Positions 13,391 through 22,358 of a stretch of 64,000 bases of DNA are shown here, one piece after another. A model generated the notes under the pieces. The model saw only the letters and a program-made list of their open reading frames with translations, made no database searches and was not told where the DNA came from. Position numbers and translations under genes: made by a program. Every line of letters begins with the position of its first letter. Positions within the stretch are counted from its first letter, which is position 1. Source of the stretch: Myxococcota bacterium (lineage in GTDB: Bacteria; Myxococcota_A; UBA9160; SZUA-336); contig JBIOJK010000003.1 of the NCBI GenBank assembly GCA_044450765.1, forward strand, positions 19,856-83,855, written 5' to 3'.

Positions 13391-13962
13391 GGGACTCGTC
13401 CGATGCGCTCGACGAACTCCGAGAGCATGCGTCGCTCGTCGTCGGCGCTGAGCTGCCGGCGCACGATCTCGCCCGCCAGCGAGATCGCCAGCCGCGCTGC
13501 TTCGCGCTGCAGCTCGGCCCGCGCGCGCTCGATCTCCTGGTCGGCCGCGCGCCGCGCTTCCTCGCGCACTCGCGCGGCGGCGCTGCGCGCGCGCTCGAGC
13601 GCCTGGTCGCGCTCGCGCTCGGCGATCTCGGCGGCCTCGCGCACCAGCGCTTCGTTCTCTTCCGAGATGCGCTCGAGCCGCGCGCGAATCTCGTCGTTCG
13701 CGCTGCGGGCGCGCTCGAGCGCCGTGCGTGCGGTGTCGAGCTGGCGACGGACGCTGTCGCTGCGATCCCGCAAGAACGTTTGGACAGGCTGGCGCAAGAA
13801 GTAAACGAGGACGCCGATCAAGACCGCGAGGCCGAACGCGTGAAACGCGAGCAGACTCCAGTCCGTGGCGTGCTCTGCGTGCGCCGCATGCTCCGCCGCG
13901 ACGGCGTGTCGGGCCAGCAGGAGTGCGCCCGCGATCAGCGCCTGTCGGAAGGTCGCGCGCAT
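13387..13962 (-). CDS. atpF: ATP synthase F0 subunit b
   Basis: 191 aa with a single N-terminal TM helix followed by a long charged helix (ERARAELQREAARLA...). Confidence 0.8.
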   Translation of the reverse strand: MRATFRQALIAGALLLARHAVAAEHAAHAEHATDWSLLAFHAFGLAVLIGVLVYFLRQPVQTFLRDRSDSVRRQLDTARTALERARSANDEIRARLERISEENEALVREAAEIAERERDQALERARSAAARVREEARRAADQEIERARAELQREAARLAISLAGEIVRRQLSADDERRMLSEFVERIGRVP

Positions 13963-14477
13963 CAGACCGGCCTACCGAGCAGTCGAGCCGCTGCCTCGTC
14001 CGCGAGCGAGCGTGCGTCCGTCTCGAGCGTGAGTCGCGCGCTCGCGAGATCGTCAGCGATCGAGGCGCGCACGCTGTCGAAGCTGCGCGCGGCGTCGGCG
14101 GAGGCAGCCTCCAGCAGCGCCCGCTCCTGTGACTCCGCGTCGGCCATGATCGCGGCGCGGCGGGCTTGCGCTCGCTTGCGCGCTTCGACCAGACGCGCCT
14201 CCAGCTGCGACCCGAACGCGCTCGCCTCGCCATCGAGTCGGCTCGCTTCGTCGAGGGCGCCCGCGGTGCGCCGCTCGCGTTCCTCGGCGAGCCTCAGGAG
14301 CGGCGCGATCAAGAGGCGATTCACCGGATAGATCAGCAGGCCGAACACGACGACGTTCGTCGCGACGTACGGCCAGTGCGGGATCAGGTTGAGATCTGCG
14401 GCGGACGCAGCGGTCGGGATCGCGGCCGCAGCCGCGGCAAGCGACACCGAGAGCGCAATGTCCGCGGCGGCGCGCAA
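13962..14477 (-). CDS. ATP synthase F0 subunit b'
   Basis: 171 aa, a second b-type subunit with an N-terminal TM helix and charged coiled coil, lying directly upstream of atpF. Confidence 0.7.
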   Translation of the reverse strand: MRAAADIALSVSLAAAAAAIPTAASAADLNLIPHWPYVATNVVVFGLLIYPVNRLLIAPLLRLAEERERRTAGALDEASRLDGEASAFGSQLEARLVEARKRAQARRAAIMADAESQERALLEAASADAARSFDSVRASIADDLASARLTLETDARSLADEAAARLLGRPV

Positions 14478-14549
14478 GCAGATCTCCCTTTGGTCGCACC
14501 CGTGGCCAGGAAGGATCCGGCAGCGCAGTCCCTCCCCGAAGCGTGCGCG

Positions 14550-14577
14550 AATATGGCAAAGGAGGAACTCAAGTCAA
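14550..14577 (-). promoter_or_regulatory. Candidate sigma70-like promoter for the atpF'FHAGDC operon
   Basis: On the minus strand: TTGACT, then 16 nt, then CATATT, about 65 nt upstream of the atpF' start. Confidence 0.3.
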
Positions 14578-14626
14578 TCAGCGCCGCTGCCACATTTCGC
14601 TGCTCTCCCGCAGCGCTGGCGCCGAA

Positions 14627-14977
14627 TCAGCGGCGCAGGCTCGGGGTCGCGGCGGGTTCGCCCATCTCGATCCGCGCGCTGACCTGAGCGCCGTCGGCGA
14701 CGCGCAGTCTGGGCGTGCGCAGCACCCCGTCGATCCGGCCCTGCGGCCCGACCTCGACGCGCTGCTTCGCAGTCACTTCGCCGACGACCGAACCGAGCAC
14801 GATCAGCTCGCGAACCTCGAGCTTCGCGTCGATCGTTCCTGTCTCGCCGACGATCAGCGTGCCGTCGGCGCTCGCGGTGCCGCGAAAATGCCCGTCGATG
14901 CGCACAGCGCCGGTGAACGAGATCTTCCCCTCGAACGAGGTGCCGCTGTCGAGGAACGTCTGCAGATCGGGCTTCAC
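14627..14977 (-). CDS. Bactofilin (DUF583/CcmA-family cytoskeletal protein)
   Basis: 116 aa with repetitive beta-helical bactofilin sequence (GTIDAKLEVRELIVLGSVVGEVTAKQRVEV). Its ATG overlaps the parB stop (ATGA). Confidence 0.8.
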   Translation of the reverse strand: MKPDLQTFLDSGTSFEGKISFTGAVRIDGHFRGTASADGTLIVGETGTIDAKLEVRELIVLGSVVGEVTAKQRVEVGPQGRIDGVLRTPRLRVADGAQVSARIEMGEPAATPSLRR

Positions 14978-15864
14978 GATTCCTCTCCCAGCAGTCGCCC
15001 CGAGAGGCGTTCGAGCTCGCCCTCGCCGAAGTAGTGGAGCTCGATGCGACCGCGCGCGCGGCGGCCGATGATCCGCACCTTGGTCTGCATGGCTTTGCGA
15101 AGCCGCTCTTCCAGATCCGCCACGTGGACGTCGCGAACCGGGCCGGGGCGCGGGTGGCGCGGCGCCGACGACGCCGCGCGGCGCCCGAGCTCTTCGGCGG
15201 CACGAACGGACAGCGAGGTGCGAATGATCTGGTCGCGAACCATGACGCGCTGCTCGACCGGAACTTGAAGGATCGCCTTTGCGTGGCCCATGGTGAGTCG
15301 CTGGTCGATCAGGTCCTGCTGAATGTCTCGCGGGAGCTCGAGAAGTCGTAGGTGATTCGCCACGCTCGAGCGGTCCAATCCGACGCGTCGACCGGCCTCC
15401 TCTTGCGTCATTCCCTCGTCATCGATCAGGACCCGAAACGCCTCGGCCAGCTCCATCGGGTTGAGATCGGCGCGCTGAACGTTCTCGACGAGCGCCATCT
15501 CGACGACCTGGCGATCCGTCGCGTCGAGAATCACAGCCGGAACTTCGTCGAGGCCGGCGAGCTGAGCAGCCCGCCAGCGACGCTCCCCGATGATCAGCTC
15601 GTAGCCGTCTCCACGTCGGCGGACGACCAGCGGCTGGAGGATTCCCTGCTCGCGAATCGAGGCTGCGAGCGCGGAGAGCTCGCTATCGCGGAACAGCTTG
15701 CGGGGCTGGCCCGGATTCGGCGCGATCTTCGAGATCGCGATGAAGAGCGGCGCCGCCGACGCGTCATCCGCGTCTAACGCGGTCCGCTCGACGCGCGTCA
15801 CAGGTGGGGCGGGCGGCGGAATGAGGGCGGAGAGACCACGGCCGAGCCCCTTACGAGTCGCCAT
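14974..15864 (-). CDS. parB: Chromosome partitioning protein ParB
   Basis: ParB/Spo0J N-terminal box (GERRWRAA) and HTH; 296 aa. Confidence 0.9.
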   Translation of the reverse strand: MATRKGLGRGLSALIPPPAPPVTRVERTALDADDASAAPLFIAISKIAPNPGQPRKLFRDSELSALAASIREQGILQPLVVRRRGDGYELIIGERRWRAAQLAGLDEVPAVILDATDRQVVEMALVENVQRADLNPMELAEAFRVLIDDEGMTQEEAGRRVGLDRSSVANHLRLLELPRDIQQDLIDQRLTMGHAKAILQVPVEQRVMVRDQIIRTSLSVRAAEELGRRAASSAPRHPRPGPVRDVHVADLEERLRKAMQTKVRIIGRRARGRIELHYFGEGELERLSGRLLGEES

Positions 15865-16627
15865 CCTTGATCCTTTCCAGAAGCTCCTCGGCGAGCTGCA
15901 GATAGCTCAGTGCGCCCTTGGAGTTGATGTCGTAGAGCAACGCGGGCTTGCCGTGGCTCGGGGCCTCCGACAGCCGCACGTTGCGCGGAATCACCGTGCG
16001 AAAGACCCGCTCGCCAAAGTGCTCGCGAGTCTCCTTCGCGACCTGCAGCGCGAGGTTGTTGCGCACGTCGTACATCGTCAGCACCAGTCCTTCGATCGCC
16101 AGGCGTGGGTTCAGCGAAGCCCGGACGAGATCGATCGTCTGGGTCAGCTTCGCGAGCCCTTCCAGCGCGAGATACTCGCATTGGAGCGGGACGAGAACGG
16201 AGTCCGCGGCGACGAGCGCGTTCAGCGTCAAGAGCCCCAGCGACGGTGGAGTGTCGATCAGGATCACGCGATAGGTGTCGCCCACGCCCTCGAGCGCCTT
16301 CGTCAGCCGGCGCTCTCGCTCCGGCGCCGCTGCCAGCTCCACCTCGGCGCCGACGAGATCAGTGGACGAAGGAATCAGGCGCAGGAACTGCAGCTGCGTC
16401 TCGATCGCCACCTCGGCCACGGTCGCTTCCCCGAGCAAGAGGTCGTAGACGTCGCTCTTCAGATCGGATGGCGTGAAGCCCAAGCTGGACGTGGCATTTG
16501 CCTGCGGATCGAAGTCGACGAGCAGGGTCGGGGTTTCAGCCGCCGCGAGCGACGCAGCCAGATTGACCGCGGTCGTAGTTTTCCCGACGCCGCCCTTCTG
16601 ATTCGCGACCACAATGATCCGGGCCAC
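15851..16627 (-). CDS. parA: Chromosome partitioning ATPase ParA/Soj
   Basis: Deviant Walker A (ANQKGGVGKTTTAVNLAASLA). Start reset to a GTG at 16627; the longer 16678 start would overlap the parS-like element. Confidence 0.9.
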   Translation of the reverse strand: MARIIVVANQKGGVGKTTTAVNLAASLAAAETPTLLVDFDPQANATSSLGFTPSDLKSDVYDLLLGEATVAEVAIETQLQFLRLIPSSTDLVGAEVELAAAPERERRLTKALEGVGDTYRVILIDTPPSLGLLTLNALVAADSVLVPLQCEYLALEGLAKLTQTIDLVRASLNPRLAIEGLVLTMYDVRNNLALQVAKETREHFGERVFRTVIPRNVRLSEAPSHGKPALLYDINSKGALSYLQLAEELLERIKDGDS

Positions 16628-16671
16628 TCTTCCACCCCGCGAGCGAGCTCGCAGGGAGAGTCTACCCCAGA

Positions 16672-16726
16672 GTTCCACGTGCTAGGAGTGGAACCCGAGC
16701 GACTTCAATCCGTTCCACGGGAAAAA
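16672..16726. promoter_or_regulatory. Two parS-like degenerate sites: GTTCCACGTG-ctaggag-TGGAAC and GTTCCACGGGAAAAA
   Basis: Both resemble the GTTCCACGTGGAAC variant of the parS palindrome. The first is in the rsmG-parA spacer, the second in the rsmG 3' end. Confidence 0.3.
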
Positions 16727-17256
16727 TCCGCCGCACGCACCCGCAGAATCCTGCCGCCCGATGCGAGCGGCAGCGGTCGCGCGCCGCGCAGGTCCGCGGT
16801 CGCCGATGCCCAGACCCAAATTTCGCCCGTCGCGACGACCCACGGGAGAGCCAGCTCCGCGCTCCGCTCGGGCTTGGCGACCGCGCGGAGGAGCGCGAAG
16901 TCGAATCCGACGCTGGGCGGTGTCTCGATCGAGGTCCCGGAAATCTCGATCGAGAGCGCGAGCTCCCGTGCGACGTGGCGCAGGAACGCGAGGCGCTTCT
17001 CTCGGACCTCGACGAGGACGAAGCGAAGATCCGGGCGCGCAAGCGCGATGGGAATTCCAGGAAAGCCGGCGCCGCTGCCGAGATCGACGACCCGAGAATT
17101 CGGCGGGAGATGCGCCGCGGCCGCGAGCGAGTCCTCGACGTGCCGCGCGAGCGCAGCCGGCTCCGTCGACCCGACCAGGTTCATCCGCTGGCCCCAGCGC
17201 GCGAGCTCGGCGGTGAAGACTTCGAGGCCGGCGCGGAGCGCCGCCTGGTTGGTCAC
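16705..17256 (-). CDS. rsmG: 16S rRNA m7G527 methyltransferase RsmG (GidB)
   Basis: SAM motif (VVDLGSGAGFPGIPIAL), 183 aa, in the usual position upstream of parAB. Confidence 0.8.
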   Translation of the reverse strand: MTNQAALRAGLEVFTAELARWGQRMNLVGSTEPAALARHVEDSLAAAAHLPPNSRVVDLGSGAGFPGIPIALARPDLRFVLVEVREKRLAFLRHVARELALSIEISGTSIETPPSVGFDFALLRAVAKPERSAELALPWVVATGEIWVWASATADLRGARPLPLASGGRILRVRAADFSRGTD

Positions 17257-18242
17257 CCCGGGAAGATCTTGATTCGCTTCCTCGCGCCTTCGCCTTCGCT
17301 CTCCGAGCGCACTCCTCGCTCGTCCTTGAGGGCGTTGTGCACGAACCAGCGCTCGCGAGAGTTCATCGGGGGCAGGAGCACCGGCTCGCTTGTTTCGCGC
17401 ACCGAGCGCGCGGAATCGCGCGCGAGTCGCTCGAGCTCGCCTTCGTCGATGTCTCGGTCCTCGGGGTCGCGACCCCGTCCGGGCCGCTCTCCACCCCGTC
17501 CGTTCGAGCGCTGATCGCGGCGTCCGTCGCGCTCACCCCGCTCGCGAGTCTCCTCACGCGGCGCTCGCCGGATGCCGCGCACCTCGACCAGCGCCGCCGT
17601 GTCGTCGTCGATCAGCGCCTCGGCAGCCCGGTGCGCGAGATGGGACAGCGCCGCGATGAGTCGCGGCTCGCGCTCCGCCAGCGACGTGATCGAGCGCCCG
17701 GCGAGCGTGACGACGATCTCTCCCTCGTCGGTCTGCGCCTCCGAAACGGTCACATCGCGCAGCTTCATGCGCTCGAGGATGCCGGCGACGAAGGTCCCGA
17801 CCTGGCCGAGCGCACCGCTCGGAGCGGGAGTGACTTCGTCGTTCGGCTCGTGGCGAGGCTCACGCGCTGGAGGTGCACTCGGGTGTGGCGCGGGCGGCGG
17901 AGCAGGGCGCGACGATTCTGCGCCTGAGCGCGAGCCACCGCGATCTCGGCCCCCGCGCTCTCGATCGCCGCGATCCCTGTCGCGGTCGCGCGGCCGGTCT
18001 CGGTCGCGCTCAGCTGGCCGCCGCTCCTCGCGGCGCGGCTCGGGCGTGCGGTTCGACCGCTCCGAGCGAGGCGCGGCGATCATCAACACGCGGCCGCCGA
18101 GTCCCGAGATCTCGACTGAGGGCGGAACCACCCAGTACTCCAGCTGATCCGCCGAAGCGCGGAAATAGCTCTCGGCCAGCGCAAGGGCGGCTTCGCGAGT
18201 CTCGGCAACGAACTCTCGCACGTCGTCTACGGATGCATTCAT
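17253..18242 (-). CDS. jag: Jag/SpoIIIJ-associated KH/R3H RNA-binding protein with Arg/Asp-rich low-complexity inserts
   Basis: Jag N-terminal domain, KH-like middle, and a C-terminal R3H (ERWFVHNALKD...RKRIKIF). The 4-nt overlap is with the rsmG start; jag itself sits downstream of yidC after a ~14-nt spacer. Confidence 0.75.
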   Translation of the reverse strand: MNASVDDVREFVAETREAALALAESYFRASADQLEYWVVPPSVEISGLGGRVLMIAAPRSERSNRTPEPRREERRPAERDRDRPRDRDRDRGDRERGGRDRGGSRSGAESSRPAPPPAPHPSAPPAREPRHEPNDEVTPAPSGALGQVGTFVAGILERMKLRDVTVSEAQTDEGEIVVTLAGRSITSLAEREPRLIAALSHLAHRAAEALIDDDTAALVEVRGIRRAPREETRERGERDGRRDQRSNGRGGERPGRGRDPEDRDIDEGELERLARDSARSVRETSEPVLLPPMNSRERWFVHNALKDERGVRSESEGEGARKRIKIFPG

Positions 18243-18255
18243 GAGGTCACTCCGA

Positions 18256-19914
18256 TCAGGTTGTCGTCGGCGCGGGCGCGCGGTTCACGAGCAGCTGCTG
18301 TGCGATTCCAAGAAGGTTGCTCACGAACCAGTACAGCACGAGGCCGGCGGGGAACTGGTAGAACATGAACGTGAACATGACACTCATCAGTGTCATCATC
18401 TGTCGCTGCTGAGGATCCGCGTTCGGCGCGGGACTCAGTCGCTGCTGCAAGAGCATCGACCCGCCCATCAGCAGCGGGAGCAGTCGGAACGGCACTCCGG
18501 CGACCGCGAAGAAGTCCTCCGGCGCAGACAGATCGCGGATCCACAGCGCGAAGGGCGCGTGGCGCAAGTCGATCGAAGTCTGCAGCGCGAAATACAGCGC
18601 GATCATCACCGGCATCTGGATGATCATCGGGACGCAGCCGCCGCCCATCGCCGCGAGCGGATTCATCCCCTTCTGCCGGTAGAGCTTCATCAGCTCCTCC
18701 TGCAGCTTGTCGCGGTCGTTCGCGTGCTTCTCCTGTATCTCCTTCATCTGCGGCGCGATCAAGCTGAACTTCTTCATCGACTTCATCGAGCGCTGAGTGA
18801 GTGGGTAGGTGAGCATGCGGACGAGGATCGTCAGCAGGATGATCGCGATTCCGTAGTTCGGCACGACGTGGTCGTGGGTCCAGTGCAGGAGTGACCCGAA
18901 TGCGGCGACCAGCGGCCGCACGAACGGCCAGCCGGCGTCCGTCGCGTGCGCGAGCTGGGGATCGACCGCGCTCGTGTTCGCCTCGATCTTCGGGCCGAAG
19001 TACAGGCGATAGCTCCGCTCGATGCCCGTCCCGGGAGGAACGTCGAACGGCTGCAGCGCGAGCGCCGCCTGGCCGAGGTCCGCGCCCAGCGGGCCGAAAT
19101 ACGCCGACGCGTCGCGCGGATTCTGCGGCACCGCGGCGAGCAGGAAGTACTGGCTGTCGATGCCCGCCCATTCGGCCGGCGCCGGGTATGCGGTTCCGGT
19201 CGGCGGGCCGCGGCCCAGCAGGCTGCCGACGAATCCAGTCGAGCCCACTCCCTGGACCGGGAGCCGCTTCACGCTCCCGTCGACCGAGGCCGCGAGGCTG
19301 TAGTGCGGAAAGTGGTCCGGCGCGGTCGCCGCCCGCTCCTGGCCGTAGAACACGAGCTCGAGCTTCGGCTGGACGGTGGCAGCGCCCGCATTCGAGATCG
19401 AGACCGTCAGCCTGCCGCCATAGCCCGAGTCATCGAGCTCGATGCGCCGCGTCAAAGTGATGCCGTCGCGAACCGCTCGCAGCTCCACCCGGGTCGGCGT
19501 GCGCGAGGTGATCTCGCAGGGCACTGCCTCGAACGACCGCAGCGGCTCGGGCCCCAGGAACAAGAACATCGCGCCACGCGACGCCACCGTGACGAGCTCG
19601 ACGGGCCCCGAATCGGGCGCGACGGTGGCGCGGTACTTCAGCAAGTCGATCGTCTCGACGCGCCCTCCGAGATCGCTGACGCGCAGCTCGACTGCGTCAT
19701 TGGCAAGCGTCAGAAGCTGCTCCTGGCGGGGCCCCGCCGACTCCGCGCTCGGCGCGGTTGCGCGAAACTCCGTTGGCGACTCTTCGCGCGGAGCTTCCGA
19801 GCTCGGGCGCATCGCCTCAGGCGCGGGTCCCGGCGGAGTCGTCGGACGCAACAGGAGCGACGCCGCGAGCAACCCCACGGCGAGCGCGATCGCAGCGATC
19901 TGCCAACGATCCAA
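18256..19914 (-). CDS. yidC: Membrane protein insertase YidC
   Basis: 552 aa with a large periplasmic domain and the conserved C-terminal TM core (FPAGLVLYWFVSNLLGIAQQ). Confidence 0.9.
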   Translation of the reverse strand: MDRWQIAAIALAVGLLAASLLLRPTTPPGPAPEAMRPSSEAPREESPTEFRATAPSAESAGPRQEQLLTLANDAVELRVSDLGGRVETIDLLKYRATVAPDSGPVELVTVASRGAMFLFLGPEPLRSFEAVPCEITSRTPTRVELRAVRDGITLTRRIELDDSGYGGRLTVSISNAGAATVQPKLELVFYGQERAATAPDHFPHYSLAASVDGSVKRLPVQGVGSTGFVGSLLGRGPPTGTAYPAPAEWAGIDSQYFLLAAVPQNPRDASAYFGPLGADLGQAALALQPFDVPPGTGIERSYRLYFGPKIEANTSAVDPQLAHATDAGWPFVRPLVAAFGSLLHWTHDHVVPNYGIAIILLTILVRMLTYPLTQRSMKSMKKFSLIAPQMKEIQEKHANDRDKLQEELMKLYRQKGMNPLAAMGGGCVPMIIQMPVMIALYFALQTSIDLRHAPFALWIRDLSAPEDFFAVAGVPFRLLPLLMGGSMLLQQRLSPAPNADPQQRQMMTLMSVMFTFMFYQFPAGLVLYWFVSNLLGIAQQLLVNRAPAPTTT

Positions 19915-19926
19915 ACCGTTCCTCCG

Positions 19927-20124
19927 TCAGGGCAGATCGAGCCCGCCGCTGCCGAACGGGTGACAGCGCGCCAGTCGCCGCAGCGCGCGCGCACTGCCGC
20001 GCCAAGCCCCGTGCCGCTCGATCGACGCGATCGCATAGCTCGAGCAGCTGGGTTGGAACCGACACGCAGGACCCAGCAGCGGAGAAAGTGACATCTGGTA
20101 GAGCCGCACCAGCGCGATCAGGAC
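19927..20124 (-). CDS. yidD: Membrane protein insertion efficiency factor YidD
   Basis: LIALVRLYQ...[19 protein letters not shown] motif. Start reset to a GTG so that it does not overlap rnpA. Confidence 0.75.
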   Translation of the reverse strand, partial: VLIALVRLYQMSLSPLLGPACRFQPSCSSYAIASIERHGAWRGSARALRRLARCHPFGSGGLDLP

Positions 20125-20480
20125 GCGAGGGGCGATCGCGGACGTCCCGGCAACAGCGCGGGGTCGAGATCCTCGCTGACGTCCGCCAGGCGCAGCCAGG
20201 TCGGGAACTCGCGCTTCGCGATCAACACCAAGTCGCACGACCCAAACTCATGACTGCGCGCCCGGAACCACGCGCGTGCGAGCCGTTTGATCCGATTGCG
20301 CTGCACTGCACCGCCGACCTTGCGGGTGACGGTGACGCCGAGACGGCCGTCTCCCCCGTCGCCACGATCGCGGACGAACGTGATGAAGAGCTTCGTCGGT
20401 CGGCGCGTTCCCTCGCTGGTCGAAGTGAGGAAATCTCGCCGCCGCATCCGCCGCCTGAGTGCGCCGCGGGAGTCGGCCAT
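20118..20480 (-). CDS. rnpA: RNase P protein component
   Basis: 120 aa, basic, with an RnpA motif ([13 protein letters not shown]). Confidence 0.85.
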   Translation of the reverse strand: MADSRGALRRRMRRRDFLTSTSEGTRRPTKLFITFVRDRGDGGDGRLGVTVTRKVGGAVQRNRIKRLARAWFRARSHEFGSCDLVLIAKREFPTWLRLADVSEDLDPALLPGRPRSPLAS

Positions 20481-20493
20481 GCCGTGCGGATCG

Positions 20494-20643
20494 CTACTTC
20501 CTCTTCGTCACCCGCGTGAGCGCGTGACGACCCTTCGCGCGGCGCTGCGAGAGCACGCGGCGTCCGCCCTTCGTGCTCATGCGCGCGCGAAAACCGTGGT
20601 TGCGCGCACGGCGGATACGACTGGGCTGAAAGGTGCGCTTCAT
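20494..20643 (-). CDS. rpmH: 50S ribosomal protein L34
   Basis: [45 protein letters not shown], 49 aa. Below the ORF-track size cut-off and found inside a longer spurious ORF. Confidence 0.9.
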   Translation of the reverse strand: MKRTFQPSRIRRARNHGFRARMSTKGGRRVLSQRRAKGRHALTRVTKRK

Positions 20644-20768
20644 GGGGAGCTGCCTCGCGAGCCTGGCTCGCCGGTGGGCGTGTATGAAAGCACCAGGTCC
20701 CGGGAGTGTCAACGCTGCGGGCGCGCAGATCGCGGGTGAACGCTCGCGGAAAAGTTCGCGTCTCGTTC

Positions 20769-20796
20769 TTGCATTGCTGCGCGCCGCTTTGATAAG
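20769..20796 (+). promoter_or_regulatory. Candidate dnaA promoter (TTGCAT, N16, GATAAG)
   Basis: Only sigma70-like pair found in the rpmH/dnaA divergent spacer; about 50 nt upstream of the dnaA ATG. Confidence 0.25.
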
Positions 20797-20845
20797 CAAC
20801 TCTCATCCCACTCGTTCGCGCCTCGCGAAAGGTCCGACTCCCCCG

Positions 20846-22165
20846 ATGACTGCGAAGATGACTGAGCTCGTCCGCCCGGACGAGGCCGCTTCCCTTTGGA
20901 AGTCGGTGCTGCAGACGCCCTCGCCGAGGATTGGCGCCGCGACGAGAGACTCGCTCGCGGAGAGCACGCGCTGCCTCGAGCGCACGGGGTCGGAGCTCCG
21001 CGTCGCGATCGACTCGGCGCAGCTCGACGCCGGGCTGCGCGGCGGCCAGCTGGCGGTGCTCGAGGTGTCGCTCGCGAATCTCACCGACGGTGCGACGGCG
21101 CTCGCTCTCGTGCCCGTCGAGGATCTCGGATCGAAGCGCGGCGACCCGAGCTACACGCTCGCGACCTTCGTCGCGAGCCCGGCGAACGCGAAGGCGCGCG
21201 CGAAAGCGGCGGCGTTCGCGCGAGACGCGCCGGCGTCGGGTGGCGCGCTGGCACTCCACGGCGGCGCGAGCTCGGGCAAGACGCACCTGCTCCGAGCGAT
21301 CGCCAGCGCGCTCGGCGATGCGCGCGGCGTCGAGCGCGTGCTCTGCTGCAGCGCAGAGCAGCTGTGTCAGGAGCTGATCCGCGCGATCTGGGCTGACTCC
21401 GTCGACGAGTTTCGCGAGCGCATCGGCTCCGTCGACGCGCTGGTCGTCGACGATCTCGACGAGCTCGTGGGCCGCGACGCGACCCAGGAGGAGCTCGCGC
21501 TGGCGCTCGAGACGCTCGGCGCGCGGGGTGTTCCGATCGCGATCTCGCTCTCGAAGCCGATCGAGCGCACCTCGGGAATGGTCGCCTCGCTGCGCGGTCA
21601 GCTCGCCCGCTTCGCGGAGCTCGAAGTGCGCGCGCCCGAGTGGGAGACCCGGGTCGCGATCGTGCTCGCGCACGCGCGGCGCTGGCGCGTCGAGCCGAGC
21701 GCCGCCGTCGCGTCGTTCATCGCGAGTCGGCTGCGCGCGCACCTCGGCCGGCTCGACGTCCTGCTGACTCGCCTGATGACGCGCTCGTCGGCCGCGGCGA
21801 GCGCGCTCGCCGATCTCGACGTGGTCAAGCACCTGCTCACGGGCGCGGGCGAAAAGCCGCTCGCGACCTCGCCCGACGACGTTCTGACCGCCGTCACGCG
21901 CCAGTTCAACCTGCGCGTCCGCGAGCTGCGCTCGTCGAGCCGCAGCGCGCGAGTGACTACGCCGCGCCAGGTCGCGATGTACCTGATGCGACGCCACTGC
22001 GGGCTCTCGTATCCGGAGATCGGCCGCCGCTTTGCGCGCCACCACACGACCGCGCTCCACGCGGACCGCATCGTGCAGGCGCAGCTGTCCGAGAACGCGA
22101 GTCTCCGCGCGGCCGTCGTGCTGATCGAGAAGGATCTTCTGCGGCTCTCCGAGGGCGGTGGATGA
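20846..22165 (+). CDS. dnaA: Chromosomal replication initiator DnaA
   Basis: AAA+ Walker A (GGASSGKTHLL) and a C-terminal DnaA-box-binding domain (MYLMRRHCGLSYPEIGRRF..HTTAL). Start set to an ATG at 20846. Confidence 0.9.
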   Translation: MTAKMTELVRPDEAASLWKSVLQTPSPRIGAATRDSLAESTRCLERTGSELRVAIDSAQLDAGLRGGQLAVLEVSLANLTDGATALALVPVEDLGSKRGDPSYTLATFVASPANAKARAKAAAFARDAPASGGALALHGGASSGKTHLLRAIASALGDARGVERVLCCSAEQLCQELIRAIWADSVDEFRERIGSVDALVVDDLDELVGRDATQEELALALETLGARGVPIAISLSKPIERTSGMVASLRGQLARFAELEVRAPEWETRVAIVLAHARRWRVEPSAAVASFIASRLRAHLGRLDVLLTRLMTRSSAAASALADLDVVKHLLTGAGEKPLATSPDDVLTAVTRQFNLRVRELRSSSRSARVTTPRQVAMYLMRRHCGLSYPEIGRRFARHHTTALHADRIVQAQLSENASLRAAVVLIEKDLLRLSEGGG

Positions 22166-22358
22166 GCGGTGGAAAACAGCAGCTCGCTCGCCGCCCACCG
22201 CGCGCGTCCACCGCAGAGCCACCTGCTGCGTCGCAGCGGCGTGAGGAAAATCTCCTGCGCGGCTGCTCCCGCACGCGGATTTTCCAGATTTCCACAGGGC
22301 TCTCTCCTACTCCTGCATTTCATGTCATAAGATCAGGAGCAGAGGGGCGGAGGTTGCT
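22155..22358. promoter_or_regulatory. Candidate oriC core: a DnaA-box cluster plus an AT-rich DNA-unwinding-element-like stretch in the dnaA-dnaN spacer
   Basis: TCATCCACC (rc), TTTTCCACC (rc), TTTTCCAGA and ATTTCCACAGG, then the AT-rich run tcctgcatttcatgtcataagatcagga. Confidence 0.5.

Noticed and set aside
14543-14687. Small plus-strand ORF (MAKEELKSISAAATF...) upstream of the bactofilin
   Set aside because: It overlaps the bactofilin 3' end and the likely atp promoter on the other strand. No RBS and no conservation cue.
16628-16678. Longer parA start (the GTG at 16678) given by the ORF track
   Set aside because: It would put the parS-like palindrome and 17 non-conserved residues inside the protein. 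ParA/Soj proteins start a few residues before the KGGVGKTT loop.
20222-22222. 666-aa minus-strand ORF across rnpA, rpmH and dnaA
   Set aside because: It is antisense to dnaA and out of frame with rnpA; a high-GC artefact.
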